A stretch of 64,000 nt of DNA from Octopus vulgaris (taxonomy: Eukaryota): the NCBI GenBank assembly GCA_951406725.2, contig OX597815.1, forward strand, positions 135,718,001 to 135,782,000, read 5' to 3'. The notes beneath the pieces were generated by a model. That model made no database searches. It saw nothing but the letters and a program-made list of their open reading frames with translations, and was not told the DNA's origin. Each line of letters opens with the position of its first letter. Position 1 is the stretch's first letter. Positions 40,319 to 53,088 of this stretch are shown here, in pieces. Made by a program: the position numbers and the translations under genes.

Positions 40319-41454
40319 AGCAATGTCTGGTAAAAGCATCTGTTATGTTGATAGTCTTAGTTGACTGATCATATTTTTTATAAATGCATTACGATCTAAT
40401 CTAGGTAATGATGAATTAACTCATTAAGATGCTGAAAGTCTGAAGTGATTAAAAAGCATTTAAGCTTAAATTGTTGGATTTTGTTAGACTAACTCTTGTA
40501 GAACTGCAATTTTCAGAAATTATTCTAATACTCAGTTTAGAAATTCATTTGAACAAAATTGCTTATTCTCCCAATCTTATGAAAATGTGAAAACATTCTG
40601 TAATTCATGACACACACTCATGCAGAAAGCAAAAGTTTGTGTCTGCTTGCCTAGATACAGATAGATTTAATTGTATCTGTTATACTGACATGTGGCACGA
40701 ATCACAGCCCGGGAAATATGAAGACTGGGGATATGTACAAAATGTCGGGAGTTTGTTGATTAGAGTCGACTTAGCCACAACATGGATTGAAAATATTTTA
40801 TGTTCTAGTAAGACCCAGAAAACATGAAAAAAACATCTATATTTCTTATTCTTTAGAGTTAGTGTTTCAACGACTGTTAAAGAAATATGTTTTATAAGAT
40901 ATTGAAGAATAATTCATTGAATTAACGGATGGTTATACTGACTTAGTTGCATGAAAATTGAAAGGCCAACATACAATTCAAAATTCAAAGGTGCAACAGA
41001 TAGATCTGCACAAGCAACGAGATCGGCATCAAAAGGTTATATTTCATCAATTGGAAATATCAATGCATATTGGTAAAAGGTTTTTTTCACAACCATTGCT
41101 GTGCATCTGGTATATGCAAGTTATCTATTTGGAAGACACTCAATAATAGCAGTAATACCCATAACGCAATGAAAATTTCCGCAGATACACATAAACTGAT
41201 AATGTCGTAGCAGAAATAGATCCTTGATTACATATAAATATGAAAAAACCTCAACTTTCAATTTCCGTCAACTGGACAAGTATCTCCTGAATAGTTTCCT
41301 CTACGAACGTCTGCTGACCATGGCAGTCGTATCAATGGGTTTATATTACCAGCTCATCCATCTCTTGTAAAGATCTGCCAGTTAATAATGTGATCATCAG
41401 CTGTAGTGTCCTATCAAGTCACCCTTTCTGACTTCTCAATCAAAAATTACCGCT

Positions 41455-42050
41455 ATTTTATTTTCATCTGAGTTCAATTTCTGCCGAGGTCGACTTTGCC
41501 TTCCATCCTTTCGGAATCGATGCAATAAGTACCAATTGAGTACTGGAGTTGACGCAATCGAATTACCCCCACCCCCACCCGAAAGTGATGGCCTTTTCCT
41601 AAAATTTGAAATCAATATTGTATTTTCATCGAAGACGGCGAACTGACAGAATCGTTAACACGCCGACATTCTCAGTTCAAATTCTGCCGAGGTCGGCTTT
41701 GCCTTCCAACCCTTTCGGGGTAATGAAATAAGTACCAGCTGAGCCCTGATATTGATGTAATCGACTATCTCCAATCCCCCAAATTCCAGGCCTTGTGCCT
41801 ATCGTACAAAGGAGTATTTTATTTTTCACCTAAGATTGCGAGCTGGCAGAATTGTTAGCATGCCGTGCAAAATGGTTAGCAGCATACTGTCCGTCATTAC
41901 GTTCTAAGTTCAAATTTCACCGAAGTTGACTTTGCCTTTCACCCTTTTGGGTTAAACACTGTGGTCGATGTAATCGACTTACCCGTCCCCCTCACCCGAA
42001 ATCGCTGGCCTTGTGCCAAAATTTGAAACCAATATCTTATTTTCATCACT
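41455..42050 (+). mobile_element. Three head-to-tail SINE family B copies (tail B2)
   Basis: Repeated GAGTTCAAATT..GTCGACTTTGCC bodies separated by TATTTTATTTTCATC-like spacers. Confidence 0.88.
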
Positions 42051-42699
42051 TATACTACTAACACAAGTAAATCATGTTAATGCTCTCAACAGTTTAATGA
42101 GTAGTACAACAATCCCACGGAGGAGTTGTAGATTTGCAACGAAATTCGAAAGCTACAGAGAATAAAATGACAAGCGCGATTTATCTTTCGTGGTCGGAAT
42201 AATTTTATACTTATAGAATTCTAGACGTAACTAGTCAACCTCTTGTACACGTTATCTGTATTCCCAGCCGGCCTGTAATATCATTTTTATGCTAGTGTTG
42301 TTACACGCGTTTTACAAGCTTATACATGGCTGGATCTATTAAAAGTGACTTATAGTTCGATGTCAAAAATAGTTTCATGTTGTGCTGTTTGGGTAACATT
42401 GATTAATCAGTTATAACAGCCTCTTAAAATCATGAAATTACATAGCAATTGCTGGGAATGTATGTAATTATTGAATTGACAACAGAAAATGATTTATAAT
42501 TTTTAACGTTTGGGTTGTAGAGGAAAGTGAAAGTGCAGGCGATGGGAAGCAGCTAGGTAACTAGCTGAATTGAAAAACAGTATTGAATAATATTAGATAA
42601 CTTAATGAATAAATTATAAATGTTGTTGAAAGAAATGGCAATAAATCATATTTAGCAAAAAAATAAAATTTGTCGTCTGGTTTGAGAGGCGTTAATGAT

Positions 42700-43450
42700 C
42701 GTCTGTTTTTATTGCATGAAATTACTGCTAGAGGTTTAAAAATAAAACCCATATTAATCTATCAATCAGAACATCCAAGTATTCTGAAAGTATTTCTTAA
42801 AAGTTTAATGAAAATTAAACAAATGTTTATTTGAAGATTAGTTCAAAAAATGTTCTTATTTTGTGTCTGAAATATTTTATAAAAGTATAAATTTAGATTT
42901 TAGATTTCTTTGCATATTTTGGAAAATGCTTTGGGTCACCAAACTGTACTAGACTACTTTTATCAAATTGTTATGGTTACCACCAAATACGACATCTCTG
43001 TTATTTCTGATGGACCAGACCTTACACAAAAGGCTTCTCTGGACTTCCGTAAACAACAGGGTAAAATGTTATTATCTTTGGACGTTCGGAAAATGTTTTA
43101 ACATAAAGAAGGCATTTGAAATATTAACGATGTGAAGTATGAGATCTGTCTAGATAAAAATATAATCCTTTACTACGCTATTAATTTCGATTTCAGTCTG
43201 AAGATGCGCCTGAAAATATCTAGCATCTACGACGCTAGTTTTTAAAACAATACTTATCTTCCAGGTGTAAACCTGAATGAAGAAGATCATGCATTTGATG
43301 AAACTGGGTCGAGATCAAAGAATTTTCAAAGATGCTGTATATAGAATATACTTTTGAAGATGGAAAATCAGTTGATAATGAATATAAATTCGAATGCAAG
43401 TGCGAAGATAGATTGAGAACTCATTCAATCGCTGTAGGGTCGCGCACAGT
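42700..43450 (+). mobile_element. Degenerate Penelope-like RT remnant
   Basis: LLSLDVRKMF resembles LVSFDVxSLF, and a later YIEYTF resembles YIDDTF. Many stops. Confidence 0.4.
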
Positions 43451-43807
43451 CGAAAGAAAGAACAATCGAAACAAACATCATTTTTATATTTAAAATAAAA
43501 CTAAATAATTTAATTTTTTCGCATAAGCTGACACTAGTCATTGAACAAAAAAAAAGTTAGACAGTGAATAATTGATTTTCTTTTTACTCATATTAATTTC
43601 ATAAGCATTTTCCAATTAGTTTAAATCAGAAATTTACAAATTAAATATTTGCAAAGTCTATATACACCAGTTGTAGATTTGTATTTACATGTTCGAAAAC
43701 AGCGGTGATATTGCCGCACATATTACTAGGAATAATCAAAGTATATCCTCTTTATTCCGTCTCTCTTTCATTGGCTGTCTGTCTGTCTACCTATCTATAG
43801 ATCTGTA

Positions 43808-44015
43808 TACAAGGTGGGTGCTGAAAGGTTCCTTGTTTTAAGGATATAGCGAAATATCTAGCTGCAAGCCCAAACTTCTCAGTTCTTTTACAGGGCTTAG
43901 AAAAACTGCTACGATAAGTGTGTGAATCTAAAAGATGTTCGATAAAATCATAATTAACTGATCCTCCTGTATTTTCTTTTCTTCCCCAAAGCCAGGTTCT
44001 GTTCAGCACCCTTTC

Positions 44016-44018
<3 letters not shown>
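43808..44018. mobile_element. mariner-derived MITE
   Basis: TIRs TACAAGGTGGGTGCTGAA and TTCAGCACCCTTTCGTA, with an interior resembling a mariner C-terminus (GLEKL..DKCV). Confidence 0.7.
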
Positions 44019-44058
<40 letters not shown>

Positions 44059-44378
44059 TTAATCCAAACGGGAAAACAGAAAAAACAACAACACGTGGAA
44101 CAATTACAGTATTATTATTATTAGGCGTCGGAAACATAGGAGAAAGAAAGATCCCGAGACGGGAGGACAGAGGAATATATACATATATATATATAGTCAA
44201 GCGCAATGTGTTACCATAAAGGAAAACTATAATTGTTGCTAGGTGCGACTAAGTGTGTCAGGACAGCTACATTGCTAGAAATAAGAGCTAGAATGCCCAA
44301 ACGCTGTAGGAAAAGTACATAAATGCATACATATATGGTCATAGGGACTGCAACAGCCCCGAGCACCGGTCGAAAATT

Positions 44379-44427
44379 CTTTATACTGAACGTTCAGTTT
44401 CAGCTATTTCTGTAGCCTCTTCAGAAG
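44379..44427 (-). ncRNA. Type I hammerhead ribozyme motif with extended self-complementary stem III
   Basis: Minus strand: CUU-CUGAAGA-GGCUA-CAGAAA-UAGCU-GAAACUGAACGUUCAGUA-UAAAG. Stem I is weak. Confidence 0.7.
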
Positions 44428-44442
44428 GCTGATTTTGGGCCT

Positions 44443-44521
<79 letters not shown>

Positions 44522-44524
44522 TGG

Positions 44525-44930
44525 AGGCTTAGGCATGGCTGCATAGTAAGAAACTTTCTTCTCAGCCACATAGTCGAGGGTTCAGTTCCAATGTGTGGAA
44601 TCTTAGGAAAGTGTTTTCTACAATAGCCTCAGGCCGACCAAAGCCTTGTGAGTGGATTTGGTAGACGGAAAGGGAAAGAATATATACACATATGTATACA
44701 TTTATGTGTGTTTATCTTTGTGTCTGTGTTTGTCCCCTTACAATCGCTTGAAAACTGGTGTTGGTGTGTTAACGTCCCCGTAATCTAGCAGTTCGGCGAA
44801 AGAGACTTATAGAATAAGTACTAGGCTTACAGAGAATAAGTCCTGCGGTTGATTTGTTCGGCTAAAACACTTTAAGCCGGTGCTCCAGCATGGCCGCACT
44901 CAAATGACTGAAACAAGTAACAGAATAAAC
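44525..44930 (+). mobile_element. SINE family A
   Basis: Family A motifs. Confidence 0.9.
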
Positions 44931-45602
44931 GAATACACGAGATCATGAATTGAAATACAGAATCATATTAATAAACACTAAAAGAGGTTATGTTCGAGGA
45001 GATAAACTTCCTTTCAGAGTCGTGAGTGAAACAATCAATAGTACACCGAGTGAAATCATCAGGAGTGAGGTAAGCCATTTAATATTCCGAGATCAAACTC
45101 TGTCGAAATCGATTCATCCTGACAAGATCGATTAAACTAAAAATCAGTCAAGTTTGATTTTGTTTGAATATTCTTTCACTCAAGCTGTTTGGTTTCATGC
45201 CTATGTTTAAATCTATTATTTTCATCTCTAGGAATTCAGCCAGTGGAATATTTTTTGTTACTTTATTCCATCTGTATTCGTCATCACCCTTTGTTTTTGC
45301 TTACATTTTATTCTGACATGGTAATTTTTGTGGCTTCAATCCGTCATCATTATTTCATGCTTACCTTATCTTCTTAATTCATATTCTTTCTTTGCTTGTT
45401 TTAGCATTTACGTGGCACGCCATTTCATTCTGCTTACTCACTCCTTTGTTTTCCTTCTTTACATATTTCGTATTTTTTTTTTGTTTTGTTTTATTAGTTC
45501 CGTCTAGTTGATTCAAGCCAATATCAGGCTATGCTTTTTCTGCATAGCTTTTTGCTCCCACATAAAAATTAAGAAAGGCAAAAAAAAATTGGGCATACAT
45601 AT

Positions 45603-46018
45603 AGGCATAGGAGTGGCTGTGTGGTAAGTAGCTTGTTTACCGACCACATGGTTCCGGGTTCAGTCCCACTGCGTGGCACCTTGAGCAAGTGTCTTCTACT
45701 ATAGCCTCGGGCCGACCAAGGCCTTGTGAGTGGATTTGGTAGACGGAAACTGAAAGAAGCCCGTCGTATATATGTATATATATATATATAAGCGTGTGTG
45801 TGTATGTGTGTCTGTGTTTGTCCCCCTAGCATTGCTTGACAACCGATGCTGGTGTGTTTATGTCCCCGTTACTTAGCGGTTCGGCAAAAGAGACCGATAG
45901 AATAAGTACTGGGCTTACAAAAAGAATAAGTCCCGGGGTCGAGTTGCTCGATTAAAGGCGGTGCTCCAGCATGGCCGCAGTCAAATGACTGAAACATGTA
46001 AAAGAGTAAAAGAGAGAG
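45603..46018 (+). mobile_element. SINE family A, full length and young
   Basis: GGAGTGGCTGTGTGGTAAGTAG..GGGTTCAGTCCC..GTAAAAGAGTAAAAGAG tail. Confidence 0.95.
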
Positions 46019-47087
46019 TATACTGAAACATACTATATCATACAATATTTTAAAGTTTGGGTGGGAGAATACACAGGGTAAAATTTGAGTCTCTAACAGA
46101 TTTGCATGTCTCAACATTTATTAAATTAAATTAATACCTCTAGTAATTACATTACAATGAACATGATGAAATGACATATAAAAAGCCATCTAAAATAAAG
46201 AAAGTATTTATTACAAAAAGTATCAATAATATTATTCTTTGCAAACGACTTAATATCATTTTATAATTGTACAGTAATAGAGAATTCTCTCGTTTATCTA
46301 TTACTAACACATTTAACTTGTGTTGTTGGTCTTTATAGGATTTATTTTACTATGTATAATTGAGAATTATTCTTTACATATTTTCCGTTGTACAGCTGTT
46401 CGTTTAAGTTGAATAATTAGATATACTGTTTCCTTACAATACATTTCAATCCGTATTACTCCAATAGAGTTTGTTAGTTTTACATTGCTGACTTATTATA
46501 ATTTATTAAACAAGATGATTACAGCTGCTGATGATGTAGAAATTCCTAAGTCTATAACTTAGTAACTTTTGCTTATATATATATATATATGTACACACAC
46601 ATACACACACACAAACACACGTGGGAGTATAATACATCATATGTGTACAGGTAAATATACGACTGCTATCTTTGAGTGTAGAGCTCTATTTTAATTACTG
46701 TCATCCCGTCTGCTTCCAGTAGCCATGTAGCTAAACTATAATTATTAGTATTATTAGTTAAGATATAAAGAACAAATGTTGGAGAAATTACAATAAACAC
46801 GAGTTTATATCATTTGTTCTAACGTTCCTGTCACCATTGTGGTTGTTTAGAACCATGCATTGGCTACAAAGGTTCACCAGGAAACACTTATTGCGTTATG
46901 CTTCAGAAAGCTGAAAGTCTGGTTATCATAATTTCTCCTTATATACACGGGTGCACGCGCGCGCGCACACACACACACATTTAATTGTATACACAGACAC
47001 ACGTGTATGAGTGCGTAATTAAATACCTTTATAATCCTTTGGTATTAAGAATCCGTAGTTAACTTACATTATCTACCCTAGGCTTTG

Positions 47088-47390
47088 TGGAGGCACATGT
47101 CCTAGCAGTTAGAGCAGCGGACTCGCGGTCGAGCGATCGCGGGTTCGAATCTCAGACCGGGCGATGTGTGTATTTATGAGCGAAACACCTGAGCTCCACG
47201 TGTCTCCGGCAGAAGTTTATGGCGAGCTTCTGCTGACTCTTTCGCCACAACTTTCTCTCACTCTTTTCTCTTTTATATTGCAGCTCACCTGCGATGGACC
47301 AGCGTCCCGTCCACGTAGGGAATCTATACGCCAAGGAAACCGGGAAACCGGCCCTAATGAGCCAGGCGTGGCTCGAGAAGGAACAAAAAA
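47088..47390 (+). mobile_element. tRNA-derived SINE with family C head and family D tail
   Basis: Head GCAGCGGACTCGCGGTCGAGCGATCGCGGGTTCGAATC; tail CCTGCGATGGACCAGCGTCCCGTCC..GGAAACCGGG. Confidence 0.85.
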
Positions 47391-47740
47391 ACCCATAGGC
47401 TTTATACTTAAAAACCTTTACAACAGTGCCGTTGATTTACTTTTATAAAGCGTACTGAGAGATTAATCAAAATACCATTTGCTCGACTTCGAAATTATTA
47501 GTAATCTATCTACATCTGTTTTAACTTTAATTGCACCATCAGTTCTGTCAGTAATTCACAACTATAACTTCAGTAGTCTCGAATCTATTTTTCGAAAATA
47601 TTCCCACCCCTGGTATATCCTTGTTACTAAATACTTAAATACTAACCAACAAACTTTAATAACTTTTGTAATAATGTCCTTGGAATTCATAACTTGACGC
47701 TCTTTCAATAGTTTATCCCCATAGCTGATGCTAATATTAT

Positions 47741-47744
<4 letters not shown>

Positions 47745-47786
<42 letters not shown>

Positions 47787-47839
47787 CATCCATCCATCCA
47801 TCCATCCATCCATCCATCCATCCATCCATCCATCCATCC

Positions 47840-47917
<78 letters not shown>

Positions 47918-47935
47918 GTGTATGTGTGTGAGTGT
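47745..47935. repeat. Compound (TCAA)n-(TCCA)n-(TCTA)n microsatellite
   Basis: Visible. Confidence 0.97.
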
Positions 47936-48519
47936 GTCTGTGTGTTTGTATCTGTCTGTCTTTCTCCATAAATATAAATGCATAAGTAATTGTTTAATTA
48001 TATTTCTACGCACGCACACAAATAGATAGTTCAATAAACTTGAGCAACAGTGTAACCGAAACACTCGTAATAAATAATTTCAGAGAAAACGTGCAATAAG
48101 TGCAGTTGGATATCAAAGACTTTACTTCTTCTTCTCTGTAACAGTCGTTTACTTTGTGCAGCGCATGTGACACAAGCTGTGGTGAAGCTTTAACTACATT
48201 AAATATATCTTAGCGTTTGTACATAAAAAAAAATTTAATTTGTGATTAATCCGCAGCTTGGTAAAGCATAATTTAGCAATTAGATTATCCATTTCATTTA
48301 GACGCTAATAGATGATTCAAATAGCAATTGCCATGAATTTCTCTTCATAGTTTTCTGTTTGCGAAGAGAATGACGAAATATATATTTGTTTAGTTTCCAC
48401 TGTGGAGGCGGATAAAAATGGAAGTCTAAGTATATATTATATGAGCAAGTGTCTTCTACTGTGGCTTCGGATTTGGCAAACGGAAACTGAAAGAAGACTG
48501 TCGTTTATACATACATACA

Positions 48520-48555
<36 letters not shown>

Positions 48556-48561
48556 TATATA

Positions 48562-48762
48562 GGGAGGGTTTACGAAAAAACAAACAAAAGACTAAGACAG
48601 GTGGTGTACAAAACAAACAGATGTATTAGTGTAACGCTCAGGAATAGAAAAAGTCTTTTATGTTTCGAGCCTACGCTCTTCTACAGAAAAGGATACTGAA
48701 AAAACAAGGTGAGAAACAAGGAGAGAAAAATGTGTGTAGTGGCTAACGATCTATCATGGCGA
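48562..48762 (-). mobile_element. PLE pseudo-LTR fragment with variant hammerhead-like motif (48655-48691)
   Basis: Minus strand: CUUUU-CUGUAGA-A-GAGC-GUAG-GCUC-GAAACAUA-AAAG. Confidence 0.65.
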
Positions 48763-48764
48763 CT

Positions 48765-48996
48765 ATCTCCTTCCCCAGTCATGTAAACTCATAAGGGCCA
48801 CTTTCCCGGTGTCCATGGCGTATATAATTCCCACTCCCACTAGACGGGACGCCGGTCCGTCGCAGTATTACTCATTTTTGCCAGATGAGTGGACTGGAGC
48901 TACGTGGAATGAACTGTTTTTCTCAAGAGCTCAATGTGTCGCTCGGTCCAGGAATCGGAACCATAATGTTACGATTCAACACCCTAACCACGAAGT

Positions 48997-48997
<1 letters not shown>
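48765..48997 (-). mobile_element. SINE family D
   Basis: Minus strand GTGGTTAGGGTGTTG..CTGCGACGGACCGGCGTCCCGTC..GCCATGGACACCGGG, homologous to 4625-4905. Confidence 0.75.
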
Positions 48998-49041
<44 letters not shown>

Positions 49042-49159
49042 ACACACGTGTTTATATATGTGTGTGTGTGTGCAGTTTATCTGTGTTTGTCTTCTACCAC
49101 CGCTTGAAAACCGGTGTTGGTGTGCTTATGTCCCCGTGATTTAGCGATTCGGCGAAAGG

Positions 49160-52100
49160 AAATATGTGGCTTTCCCCTGTGGGGGAAAACATTAATTGCC
49201 GGCAAGATGCTGAAAAGTGTGTCTTCGTCGGGTGAAGATTCATCGACCGAGCGGGAAGCGAGGAAGATTGAAAGTTTAATTTGTGATAACATTTCTGATG
49301 TTTCGGAAAGGGAATTCCCTGCATTATCAAAAGTTACGGGTACCAAAAGAAATATAGAAGCAAAGACCAATCAAAATGAAGAAAGAAAAAGTTTTGCATC
49401 AGCAGCTGGTTGTGGAACGCGACAGCTGTCAACTGAACGAGATGGAGTAGTAAAAGTAGAAATACCAGAAGAATTAACGGAGGAAAAAAGGAAAATTATT
49501 ATTTTTAAGACATTCTGCCTAAAAGCTCGAAAAATTGACAAGATACGTGAGCAAAAATTTGAAAAATGTTAAAAACCCATCTAGCAGGACATTACATATC
49601 TAGCCAGAGGGAAGAAGTTTGAAACCATCGTGGTGAGGTTCAAGAACCTAAAAACGGCACAACAATACTCTGTAAAATCATTAGAGTCGGAAGACACAAT
49701 ATTAATCCCAATTTACATGGAAATGAGAACATCTAAGGTTAGAATACTAAGAATTCCACCCGGAGTAAATCCTATATGCTTGATGGCGGCAGTCCTGGCA
49801 AACAGGGAGGATAATATTAACCTTCTGCCGGCTACCGTCACAGAGAATACATACTGGACTGGACAAACGCTCAACCTGATACTGCAGGTAGAGCAGAACA
49901 TTTTGGAACAGCTCCTAGAAATAGTAGATGTAGGGGAGGAAGTTCTAAATATTCTTGTTGAGGGTCGTAAACCCCGATGTTTCCAGTGTGGCCAACTGGG
50001 TCATATTAAAAAATATTGTAAAGAAGGTGAAGAAGAATCGGACGGCGAGGAGGAAGAAAGAGAGAGAGAAACTGTAGGAAAAATAAACAACAAAAGGAAA
50101 ATGGAAGGCTCGAACCAGCAAAAGAAGAGCGAGCCGAGACAAAAAAAATAAATAAATAGCCAAGAGAGACAGACCGATGATGGCGGAGGGGGAGACGATC
50201 AAAGGAATAGTTGCACTACACAGCAAAAACGAGGATTTAATGCGTGATATAAAAACAAAAAAATCAGCCACTAGGCTAATTGAACTATCAGACAAATATA
50301 AAAACTATGAATTTTACGAATTGGACAAAAACAAATATCTTGTTTAACACGTATAGAAAATCGATCTCATTATTGGGATTTGATTTTCATGAATCTATAT
50401 TTGAAGGCTTGACCCTAAGTCAAGAAAAGGTGGAGAGTCCCTCTCCACAAGACGCCCCGATCTAAAAGGTAAGTCACGTCTATTCACATTGGTTGTATAA
50501 ATGTTCGGGACCTGATGTCGAATTGGAAGCAAGGGCGCTTCCTAAATGACAGGTCAAGAAATTTGGATGTAATTGTTGCAACGGAAACCCGGGTGAAGGG
50601 GCCAAGAGATCTCTTCCCCCTCCTGAACGGCTTCGAGAAATACGTTTCTCCAAGTCGGGCGGTTGGTGGGTGCGGGGTGTTGTTCCTACTAAAAAGAAAA
50701 CGGGTAACCGAGAAAAGATTGGGGTTTTTTTCTGATCTAGAAGGCAGGCTGGTCGTTCTCGACCTGACTTTCAGTTGTAGAAAGACAATCAGGCTGGTTG
50801 CAATTTATGCACCCAAAGTTATGGGTCTGCAAAGTGAATATTTTCGTGACCTGGGCAAGTTCCTGGCCATGTCGCATTCGCTAGTATTGATAGGAGACTT
50901 TAATTTGTGACGCACGCACAGATTGTGTTGGCTCGACCATGAATAGAAAATGTAACCCTGGCTTTCGGGATCTGCTAAGTCACTTTCAACTGGCAGATCC
51001 ATGTAGGTTGGAACATCCGAACACTCCACAGTGGACGTGGTCAAATAGTGACGGATCTTCCAAAACATATATAGATAGGGTTTTAATTAGTAAAACAGAT
51101 AAGTCCATAGCTGAGTGTCCACAGTTTTATCTAGTCAGCTACAGTGATCACAAGATGATTACCTGAAAGCTGACTGTAGAAAAGTTACTTAGACAGAGAT
51201 CTGGCTACTGGAAACTCAATGCGTCCCTTTTGGCGATTGAAGAGTACAGAAAGCAGATCAAGAAGTTAATTCAGAGGGCATTGACAGGTACCATCATTAA
51301 TAATAAATGGTGGTACGCCCTAAAAAGAGCCATAAAATATGAGTCTATTAGATTTAGCATACGTTTAGCTAAGAAGGGACGTAGAATAAGAGATGGTATA
51401 GTTAAGGAACCAGAAGAAGCCTTGAGGTCTGGTAATGCGGACCAAGTGAAGGTAAAGAGACTGGAGTTGAACCAGTATCTTGAAACCCAGCACATGGGAA
51501 GTATTATCAGAGCTAACTTTACGTGCGATGAGAAGTGAAGGAATCAAGGCGCTGGATGGACCCGAGTGGTGGAAGCTCGACAAGGAAATAGTTCCACTAT
51601 ACCAAAGAGAGAGTTGGTGATAACTCTGGCAAAGGTGGGGCATTGGTGCATTTAGATCAGTCTAAAGCTTTTGATAGGGTTGACCATCGATACATGGCGA
51701 CTGTGCTTGCGCGGTTTGGCCTAGGCCTTGGCTTCCTCAGGTGGTTCATCTCTCTGTATCACAATATTGACTCGATAGTTCGGGTGAACGGTTTCCTTTC
51801 GAAACCGTTCTGCACCAGACGCTCAGTTCGTCAAAGATCAACCGGGAAAAGTCGGTCGGCTTGCAGCTCGCCACCTGGGTTGGCAAGTCGATGTCTTCAG
51901 ACAGCGTTGTTGGTCGCTGGACGGAGGGACCGGTTAAATTGCTGGGAGTCTGGTTTGGACCAAGCCTCCAGGTAGAGAAGAACTGGAGTAAGTTTCGAGC
52001 AGGGTGGCTACAATAGTCAAGACCTGGTCTAGGCGGTGGCTATCCCTGAAAGGGAGAGCGGAGGTGGCCAATGTGTTTATCGCATCAGTCATTACCTACC

Positions 52101-53085
52101 GCTTGACCGTCGTGCCCTGTCCGGATTCGTGGTTGATCAGGTTGGAGAGGCAGCTCTTTCACTTTTTGTGGAAGGGCAAGTCGCCACTTGTGAAACGCTC
52201 TATCTGTTATCAGAAGCCGTTAAAGGGAGGTTTAGGGATGCCTTGGTTAATGATGCGCAGGCATGCGTTGAGGTTGAGGCATATCTGGATTTTCCTGGAT
52301 GGTGAACGTGTGTGGTCTACGCTGGCCAGACAAATGTTCCCCGAGTTCAAAAGTTTTTGCGAACAGGAAACCTGGTGTTTTCATAGACCGAGATCAAGTG
52401 AATGGCATGCTATTCCGGCGCTCGGGCAACGCCAGCAGTGGAGGCTCCACATCAATTTTATATAGTGGATTAGTAGAGTCTGAATGTGACGATGGCGGGG
52501 GAGACAAGGAAACCGTCCCTCACGCTATTGTCCAGTGTCCAGAGATATCTGAAATGTGGGTTTATGCTGAACACCTGTTGTCCGGCGAAGGACCCACTGG
52601 AAGTTTTAACAAACGGTGGAAATTGTTTTCTTACGGTTGTAGCAATGGCAAAAGAGGCAGTATGGAAGACTAGGATAAAAGGGATTAAGACAGGCAACTT
52701 TATCTCCGGCCTCGATTTTCGATCATTTTTTACTTATCATTTGAAAAGGAAGATGTAGCTGGTGAAGAGGTGTCTGTCGGAGAGTGTGTTCAAAAAAAGA
52801 TGGAAGCATGTTGCACGAGTGCTGTGCGTGCAAGGTACCATGTGAATAAGACGAAAAAGAAAGAACAAAAACAGGTACCAGCGATAGATCGGGGCTTGTG
52901 GGGTCGGAGCGTGGCCTAATCATCGCTTCATTTGTATTGTCTCTGTATTGTTAATTTCATTCGATTTTTTTATATATGTTATTTAAATTTTTAAAGTCAC
53001 ATTATATGTAAAATCATATCGCATTACTGATCCCATCAGTTGTTCTGTCCATTTCTATATTTGGACCCCGGTGGGCAATAATTAA
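49160..53085 (+). mobile_element. Tx1/L1-clade non-LTR retrotransposon, near full length but disrupted
   Basis: ORF1 (about 49207-50151) has a CFQCGQLGHIKKYC knuckle. ORF2 has APE (INVR, ATET, GDFN, TWS, YIDRV, SDHK), GYWKLNAS, RT (LDQSKAFDRVDH, SVRQ, then a large deletion), LSLKGRAEVAN, KGGLGMP and ETVPHAIVQC. Confidence 0.93.
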
Positions 53086-53088
53086 TTT

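Larger units (their letters stand above)
38100..41300 (+). mobile_element. Highly decayed Ty3/Gypsy pol (RT, RNase H, integrase) split by two SINEs
   Basis: NPNKC...SIDFLGTNISKDKIK (RT end), GKPVVYVSHALDSTKKKY (RNase H), VDSLS (ADALSR-like) and WHESQPG (integrase zinc-finger-like), in Gypsy order. Confidence 0.65.
48440..49158 (+). mobile_element. SINE family A interrupted at its microsatellite by a PLE fragment and a family D SINE
   Basis: 5' part 48440-48505; the 3' part resumes at about 49075 (CGCTTGAAAACCGGTGTTGG..TTAGCGATTCGGCGAAAG). Confidence 0.75.

Noticed and set aside
47088-47165. tRNA-like sequences (also 39436-39510 and 24095-24165)
   Set aside because: These are SINE heads continuing into SINE bodies, with no proper acceptor stem or terminator
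49114-50151. ORFs 49114-49572 and 49630-50151 as a host zinc-knuckle gene
   Set aside because: They are the frameshifted ORF1 of the Tx1 LINE, directly upstream of APE-RT ORF2
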